DNA from: Bacteroidia bacterium
GTDB taxonomy: Bacteria; Bacteroidota; Bacteroidia; M30B66
Direction of reading: 5' to 3'
Assembly (NCBI GenBank): GCA_965279035.1
Contig: OZ257142.1
Coordinates: 800,001-864,000 of the forward strand
Length of the DNA stretch: 64,000 nucleotides
Shown here: positions 58,336 to 64,000 of the stretch, one piece after another
How the letters are laid out: every line of letters starts with the position of its first letter
Numbering within the stretch: position 1 is the stretch's first letter
Notes under the pieces: generated by a model
What the model saw: the letters and a program-made list of their open reading frames with translations, nothing else
Told to the model about the DNA's origin: nothing
Databases searched by the model: none
Position numbers and translations under genes: made by a program

Positions 58336-59658
58336 TCAAATAGCTTTTTGTGTTGCTTCAATTTTAGCTTTTATCCATTCACTTGTAATTGAACCTGGAC
58401 GTTCAATGGGTAATCCCATTGCTCTGCTAATGGTTAATTGAGCAAGAACTCCAAGGGCGCGGGAAACACCAAACAAAGCGGTAAAAAAGTCGTATTCTTT
58501 AATCCCATAATGTATCAACAATGCTCCCGAATGAGCATCTACATTGGGCCAAGGATTTTGAATCTTTTTTATGTTATTTAATATTTCAGGAACAACTTCA
58601 TACACAAGCCAAACGATATTTACGATATCATCATCGGGCATGTATTTTTTAGCAAATTCCATTTGAGCTGTAAAGCGAGGGTCTGTTTTACGTAATACAG
58701 CATGTCCATATCCTGGAACAACCTTGCCTTCGGCTAATGTTTTATTGACGTATTGAATAATCTGTTCTTTTGTTGGAAGTCCACCACCCAATTCTTTTTG
58801 TAATTCAAGAATCCAGCGAATAACTTCTTGATTTGCTAAACCGTGAAGTGGTCCAGCTAAGCCATTCAATCCTGCTGAAAATGAATAATAAGCATCACTC
58901 AATGCCGAACCAACTAAATGCGTTGCGTGTGCCGATACATTTCCTCCTTCATGATCTGCATGAATGGTTAAGTACAAGCGCATTAATTCTGCTACTTCAT
59001 GGCTGTCATAACCCATCATGTGAGCAAAATTAGCTGACCAATCAGCTCCTTTTAATGGTTCAATTTGAACATTATTATGATATGTTCTTCTATATATGTA
59101 GGAAGCAACTCTTGGCAAACGAGCAATCAAATTCATGGAATCTTCAAACATCGGATCCCAATACTCCTTTTTATTTATCCCTTTTTCATATTCGTGCGCA
59201 AAAACCGATTCTGTACGCATTGCCAAAACAGCCGCACTTAGCTGAGTCATTGGATGCGTATAGGTAGGAAATGCATCCAGCATTTTAAATACGTGATCAG
59301 GAACAGTACTTCTTGATTCCCATTCTTTACTTAAATCGGATACTTGTTGCTCAGTAGGAAGTTCCCCTGTTATCATCAAGTAAAAAATTCCTTCGGGTAA
59401 TGGTTCTATTCCACCAGGTGCTTTTGGTAATAGATTTCTTAATTCAGGAATGCTATATCCTCTAAATCGAATGCCTTCTTCAGGATCTAATTTGGAGGTT
59501 TCGGTAATCATCCCAACCATCCCTTTCATTCCCGAGTAGACCTGCGCTAGAGTTATTTCGCCAATTTTTAATGTTCCATGATCGCTAATCATTGACTTTA
59601 AACTAGCAGCATGTGGGAGTACTTTTTCTGAAATTCGGGACTTTAAATTGGATGACAT
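58336..59658 (-). CDS. gltA: Citrate synthase, eukaryotic/mitochondrial-like type
   Basis: GIRFRG, HADHEGGNVSAH, GLAGPLHGLANQE, PGYGHAVLRKTDPR, PWPNVDAHSG; probable ATG 59658. Confidence 0.93.
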   Translation of the reverse strand: MSSNLKSRISEKVLPHAASLKSMISDHGTLKIGEITLAQVYSGMKGMVGMITETSKLDPEEGIRFRGYSIPELRNLLPKAPGGIEPLPEGIFYLMITGELPTEQQVSDLSKEWESRSTVPDHVFKMLDAFPTYTHPMTQLSAAVLAMRTESVFAHEYEKGINKKEYWDPMFEDSMNLIARLPRVASYIYRRTYHNNVQIEPLKGADWSANFAHMMGYDSHEVAELMRLYLTIHADHEGGNVSAHATHLVGSALSDAYYSFSAGLNGLAGPLHGLANQEVIRWILELQKELGGGLPTKEQIIQYVNKTLAEGKVVPGYGHAVLRKTDPRFTAQMEFAKKYMPDDDIVNIVWLVYEVVPEILNNIKKIQNPWPNVDAHSGALLIHYGIKEYDFFTALFGVSRALGVLAQLTISRAMGLPIERPGSITSEWIKAKIEATQKAI

Positions 59659-59908
59659 ACGTTGATTGAAATGATACGAATTGAATATCGCCACAAGTAT
59701 ACAGAATTCGTTTCGCGATTTAAAATAAATGTATTTAAACGCCCTGTTGAATAAAAGGTTTACAATGTGTTCTTAATTCATCATCAGGCACATTTAGCTT
59801 TAAGCTGATTTACGTTTCACTTCTTTATTTATGAATTTTAAAATCATAAATATGAATGAACCAAGAGATTAAAATTGAAGAATAGCTCTATCATACTTAG
59901 AGCTTATT

Positions 59909-61858
59909 TTATTCCCGAATATGTTTCTGAAATAATTCTTCCAATTCTTGATCTGTTAAATTGTTAACGGTATAAAGCGAGTCTCCATCGGCAAAAAAAC
60001 TAGCATTAATTTTTCTTGAAAAAGAAGTTAAGCTTGCTCCTGTTAATTCTTGATTTGAATTTTTGAGATAGTAATACAATTCATTCTGCTTTATAAGGTA
60101 TTGATCTACTGAGTTTAACTTGTTCTCAGGTTGAATGAAATAGGATATGTCAATGTTTATAGCATCTTTATAATTAGGAAGCAATTGAAGATAAAAATGG
60201 CTATTTCGATAATAAGAATCAAGAAAAGAAATGTTTGTTTTTTCAAGTCCACTTGCTTTATAAAGGCCTATGATCGGACCTTTATTACATTCTGAAATAG
60301 CATTTAAATTCTTATTTTTCAAGGATGCACTAAGCTGATTATAAGGTGCATTTGATTTTTTTTCATGTGTTAAATTGAAGTACGAATGCCATATTCCAAA
60401 AAGAATAAGTAGAACAGGTATGGTAATTTTATGGGTTGATGTAGGAGAGGATTCATAAAGTGCTTTACTAATTTCAAAAGCAATGAGCAGAATTAATATT
60501 GGAATTGAATTATAAAAAAATTGACCATTATCAAGAATCCCAACACTCAATCCAACAGCCATTAAGCCTCCAAGCATGGAAGAAATCATCACGATACTAC
60601 TAGTGAGAAGTGTCTTTATTTTATGAAATCGTAAATAAATGAGAATCCCCAAATAAGGCAGGAAAAACAGGAAAAATCTTAGTCCGGAAAAAAATGCTGA
60701 AAAGAAAAATGTTTTAAAAAGTGCAATAGTAGGCTGATGAATTAACCTGGAAATGAGTGCTGTATCTGATAATGTATTATTGAGTTCACTTAAGCCATTC
60801 AACGAATAGTAAATTCCAATAAAGCCAATGATTAATACTTGGTTTGTATAAATAGGAATTAGATTCTTCCATCCAATTTTTTTAGAAAACACTAAATAGA
60901 TAGGAAATAAAACTTCAATAGCACAAACCGATGGAAGGCAACCGATTGAAAAGATAGGAATGATGGATAATAAAAGCAGGAATTCAACATATTTTTCCTT
61001 TTGATAATAGTAGAATATTGAAATAGCAGCAATGAGATAAATTAAAACATATTTTTTCCCAAACGTCATAAAGAACCCCGTTTGAGTAATACCATCGAAA
61101 TATTTCAATAATTCAGAAGAGTTATAAAATGGAAAATAAAATCCTGAAATTGTTAGAATTGATACTGCGATGAGTGCTGTTCGAAATCGAAATAATTGCT
61201 TGCTTTCTCCAACGGATAAAAGGAAAATGGAAGAACAAGTAATGGCTTTGAGTAAAGGAAATGTAGAAAATAATAGAAGCTTAACAGAAGATGCTCCAGT
61301 CATTTTAACAAGAATTCCGTTCACCCATAATTCTGGATAATGATAAGGTTGTCGAACTCCTGTTGCATTTTCAATCAATTGGTTTAATAGGAAGAGTCTA
61401 TTTTCTGCGCCATATTCAACCATGTATTTTGACAATTTTCCATAATACAGGAAATCAAAATGTGGAACATCAGTTATAATCCCCAATTCAGAATTGTAAT
61501 ATTTAATAAATTCTAAAAAAGAAAAAAGCACAGTAATTCCCCAAACAGCAAGAGTTTTAAGGAGAATAGGTTTAATAGGGAATCCTGAAAATGAAGGTGA
61601 AAATTGAATGCGATATTTTGAATGAATACCAATGATTAATAATGGGATGAATAAACCGAGTAAAACAGTATTGCCAATAGTAAAAACCAGCGCAATTGCT
61701 GTAATTGTAAAAAGTGTTCCCCAAAAGATTTTTCTAGCAAATAAACTTGACTTATTCGTTTCGTTTTGATTGAAATCTTGAATAATGATTGATCCAAAGA
61801 CAATGATTATCAAAAGTAAAATCGCACTATATGCTTGATAAACAATAAAATCTAACAT
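59909..61858 (-). CDS. Large polytopic membrane protein, possible GT-C-type transferase
   Basis: Roughly 13-14 hydrophobic segments by eye, loop with HFDFLYY...PYHYPELW after the early helices, soluble C-terminal tail; function is inference. Confidence 0.6.
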   Translation of the reverse strand: MLDFIVYQAYSAILLLIIIVFGSIIIQDFNQNETNKSSLFARKIFWGTLFTITAIALVFTIGNTVLLGLFIPLLIIGIHSKYRIQFSPSFSGFPIKPILLKTLAVWGITVLFSFLEFIKYYNSELGIITDVPHFDFLYYGKLSKYMVEYGAENRLFLLNQLIENATGVRQPYHYPELWVNGILVKMTGASSVKLLLFSTFPLLKAITCSSIFLLSVGESKQLFRFRTALIAVSILTISGFYFPFYNSSELLKYFDGITQTGFFMTFGKKYVLIYLIAAISIFYYYQKEKYVEFLLLLSIIPIFSIGCLPSVCAIEVLFPIYLVFSKKIGWKNLIPIYTNQVLIIGFIGIYYSLNGLSELNNTLSDTALISRLIHQPTIALFKTFFFSAFFSGLRFFLFFLPYLGILIYLRFHKIKTLLTSSIVMISSMLGGLMAVGLSVGILDNGQFFYNSIPILILLIAFEISKALYESSPTSTHKITIPVLLILFGIWHSYFNLTHEKKSNAPYNQLSASLKNKNLNAISECNKGPIIGLYKASGLEKTNISFLDSYYRNSHFYLQLLPNYKDAINIDISYFIQPENKLNSVDQYLIKQNELYYYLKNSNQELTGASLTSFSRKINASFFADGDSLYTVNNLTDQELEELFQKHIRE

Positions 61859-62169
61859 TTTATTTATTCAGATGCTTGTTATTTGCTCAAAAATAAACTT
61901 TTATCAGTTCTAATTCTTCGAAGAATCCTTAGCATTTTTCATATCTAAGCACTATTTATATTGAATCCTATATCAAATAATATCTAATGCATTAAAATAT
62001 GTGCGAACTATAATATCACTATAAAAAGCATTATCACTCTTGTAATTTCTTTTTAAATTAATTTCTTCCAAAAAAGAATTTCTAATCTAATTTGATCCGC
62101 ATGTGAATATTCTAAATTCAAATAAATCTCTGCGATTCCAATGAATATTGAAACAAGCAGAGAAGATTA

Positions 62170-62177
62170 TATATTTG
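62170..62177 (+). promoter_or_regulatory. -7 promoter element
   Basis: TATATTTG 31 nt upstream of ATG 62209. Confidence 0.6.
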
Positions 62178-62208
62178 TGCATCATTGACTAATTCATCCT
62201 TTTCATTA

Positions 62209-63291
62209 ATGATTAATGTTACTAAGTCATTCCTGCCAGATTTGGAGGAATATGTAAGCTATCTGAAAGGTATTTGGGAACGTGGCCATTTAACGAATCA
62301 CGGTCCACTAGTCAACGAATTGGAAAAAAAAATTCGCGAATATTTAGGTGTTAAACATTTTTATTTCGTTAATAACGGAACTATTGCACTTCAAATAGCC
62401 ATCAAAGCGGCAGACCTTCGTGGAGATATTATCACAACACCATTTTCCTATGTAGCTACTACTAGTTGTATCGTTTGGGAGAATTGCAATCCAGTTTTTG
62501 CTGATATTGATGCCAATACCTTAACCGTTACAGCCGAAACCATTGAACGTGTTATTACTCCACAAACAACAGGTATTCTTGTTACGCATGTTTATGGAAA
62601 TCCTTGTCCGGTTGAAGAAATAAATGAACTTGCGAAGAAGCACGGATTGAAAGTAATTTATGATGCGGCTCATGCTTTTGGTGTTCAGTATAAAAATACA
62701 TCTGTTCTCAATTTTGGTGATATTTCAACATTGAGTTTTCATGCGACTAAGTTGTTTCATACAATTGAAGGAGGCGGTATTGTAACAAATGATGATGAAC
62801 TGGCACATCGTATTAGTTACATGCGCAATTTTGGTCATAATGGGCCGGAGGCTTTTTTTGGTGTTGGAGTCAATGGAAAAAGTTCAGAATTCCAAGCTGC
62901 AATGGGCTTGTGTTTATTGCCAAAGATTGAGCAAATTATTCAAGCTAGAAAAACGCTTTCGGAACAGTATGTTGAAAATCTGAAGGATTTGCCAATCCAA
63001 TTTCTACAAAAGCAAGACGGTGTAACAAAATACAATTATGCCTATTTCCCAATTGTTTTTAAGTCAGAAGAAATTGTCTTAAAAATTATTGCTGCATTAA
63101 ATCAAAATGAAGTTGTTCCAAGAAGATATTTTTATCCTTCACTCAATACATTGAATTACGTTACAAATAATTTGAAGGATGATGTGGCAACAGAGATTTC
63201 TAAACGAGTGCTCTGCTTGCCTTTATATCCCGAATTAACTGAAGAGCAAATTATTTTCATTTCAACTATTATTCGTTCCCAATTATGTTAA
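62209..63291 (+). CDS. DegT/DnrJ family sugar aminotransferase (VioA-like)
   Basis: LTNHGP, NGTIAL, TTPFSYVAT, HVYG, YDAAHAFG, SFHATKLF.TIEGG, N.K.SE; ATG 62209. Confidence 0.9.
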   Translation: MINVTKSFLPDLEEYVSYLKGIWERGHLTNHGPLVNELEKKIREYLGVKHFYFVNNGTIALQIAIKAADLRGDIITTPFSYVATTSCIVWENCNPVFADIDANTLTVTAETIERVITPQTTGILVTHVYGNPCPVEEINELAKKHGLKVIYDAAHAFGVQYKNTSVLNFGDISTLSFHATKLFHTIEGGGIVTNDDELAHRISYMRNFGHNGPEAFFGVGVNGKSSEFQAAMGLCLLPKIEQIIQARKTLSEQYVENLKDLPIQFLQKQDGVTKYNYAYFPIVFKSEEIVLKIIAALNQNEVVPRRYFYPSLNTLNYVTNNLKDDVATEISKRVLCLPLYPELTEEQIIFISTIIRSQLC

Positions 63292-63902
63292 TTGTTGGAG
63301 CAGGCGGATTTGCGAAGCAGCTTCTTCCTGTTATCGAACACTTAGGACTAAGTGATCAAGTAACATTCTATGATGATTATAGTAATGATACTTCTTCCTT
63401 AATTTCAAGAAATTTTCATGTAATACGGAACGAGGAACAATTAAGAAATTATTTTTCTAAAGGTGATTTCCGTTTTGTAAATGCACTTGGAGGACCTTCA
63501 AAACGCTATGAAATTCATCAAAAAATTGTGGCACTAGGAGGTATTCCAACAAATTTGATTGATCCCAATACTCGAATTTCACAATACGAAGTTAAGATTG
63601 GGATTGGTTGCTGTATTTTGCAAGATGTGATTATTGAACCTTGCGCTCAATTGGGTGATGGCTGTTTGATTAATCTAAAATCAATGATTACACATGATAC
63701 AATCATTGGGAACTTCACTGAAATTTCACCTGGAGTAACTTTATTGGGCGCTTCAAAGATTGGCAATTTTGTTTTTATTGGAGCTGGTGCGATTGTATTA
63801 CCCAAGATTGAAATTGGTGATCATTGTGTGATTGGTGCTGGTGCTGTTGTAAACCGTTCTGTACCTTCGGGGCATCGTGTAGTTGGTGTTCCTGCTCGTT
63901 AA
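63285..63902 (+). CDS. NeuD/PglD/VioB-family hexapeptide-repeat acetyltransferase
   Basis: IVGAGGFA N-terminus, THD, repeated IG.G hexapeptides, VGVPAR end. Confidence 0.88.
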   Translation: MLIVGAGGFAKQLLPVIEHLGLSDQVTFYDDYSNDTSSLISRNFHVIRNEEQLRNYFSKGDFRFVNALGGPSKRYEIHQKIVALGGIPTNLIDPNTRISQYEVKIGIGCCILQDVIIEPCAQLGDGCLINLKSMITHDTIIGNFTEISPGVTLLGASKIGNFVFIGAGAIVLPKIEIGDHCVIGAGAVVNRSVPSGHRVVGVPAR

Positions 63903-63911
63903 TTTTTAAAT

Positions 63912-64000
63912 ATGCGTTTACTCTCTTTTATACTTCCCGTTTTTCGAAACAAAGGTTCAATTAGTATCACATGCGAGAAAATTTCTGAGTTAATGAGGGA
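63912..64000 (+). CDS. Probable GT2 glycosyltransferase N-terminus, truncated by the window end
   Basis: MRLLSFILPVFRNKGSI resembles the S.(V/I)P.(Y/F).N start of GT2 enzymes; only 29 codons visible. Confidence 0.5.
   Translation, partial: MRLLSFILPVFRNKGSISITCEKISELMR

Noticed and set aside
58336-59658. Eukaryote-like citrate synthase as a eukaryote-to-bacterium transfer
   Set aside because: This type is already known in Bacteroidota; no local sign of recent transfer

Overview
64-kb window of a Bacteroidota chromosome (TAnnTTTG -7 promoter boxes, T9SS type-B cargo, Bacteroidota-type FtsZ tail, eukaryotic-type citrate synthase). Left third is housekeeping: polyprenyl synthase (5' truncated), bacilliredoxin, gatC, an alpha/beta hydrolase divergent from a complete dcw cluster (mraZ-rsmH-ftsL-ftsI-murE-mraY-murD-ftsW-murG-murC-ftsQ-ftsA-ftsZ-yqeY), a membrane-anchored patatin, a 1640-aa SprB/PKD-repeat T9SS protein and ftcD. 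An intergenic heptamer array plus a Flavo-1-like structured element (27.46-27.69 kb) sits at the end of a ~29-kb minus-strand, visibly AT-richer surface-glycan locus. That locus has fcl, wzm/wzt and a pseB/pseC-initiated nonulosonic-acid pathway that lacks a recognisable pseH and uses a non-PseI-type synthase. It also carries an aldo-keto reductase, a PtmA-like SDR, a metallophosphoesterase, an ATP-grasp ligase, WbqC, a PIG-L deacetylase, a methyltransferase fused to a Trm112-like domain, a KpsS-like transferase and several glycosyltransferases. The right end has rdgB, dedA, citrate synthase and a large polytopic membrane protein divergent from an aminotransferase-acetyltransferase-GT2 operon. 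The best candidate for an undescribed system is the pathway for an unusually epimerised/acylated/methylated nonulosonic acid. All calls come from reading motifs by eye; no searches were run.
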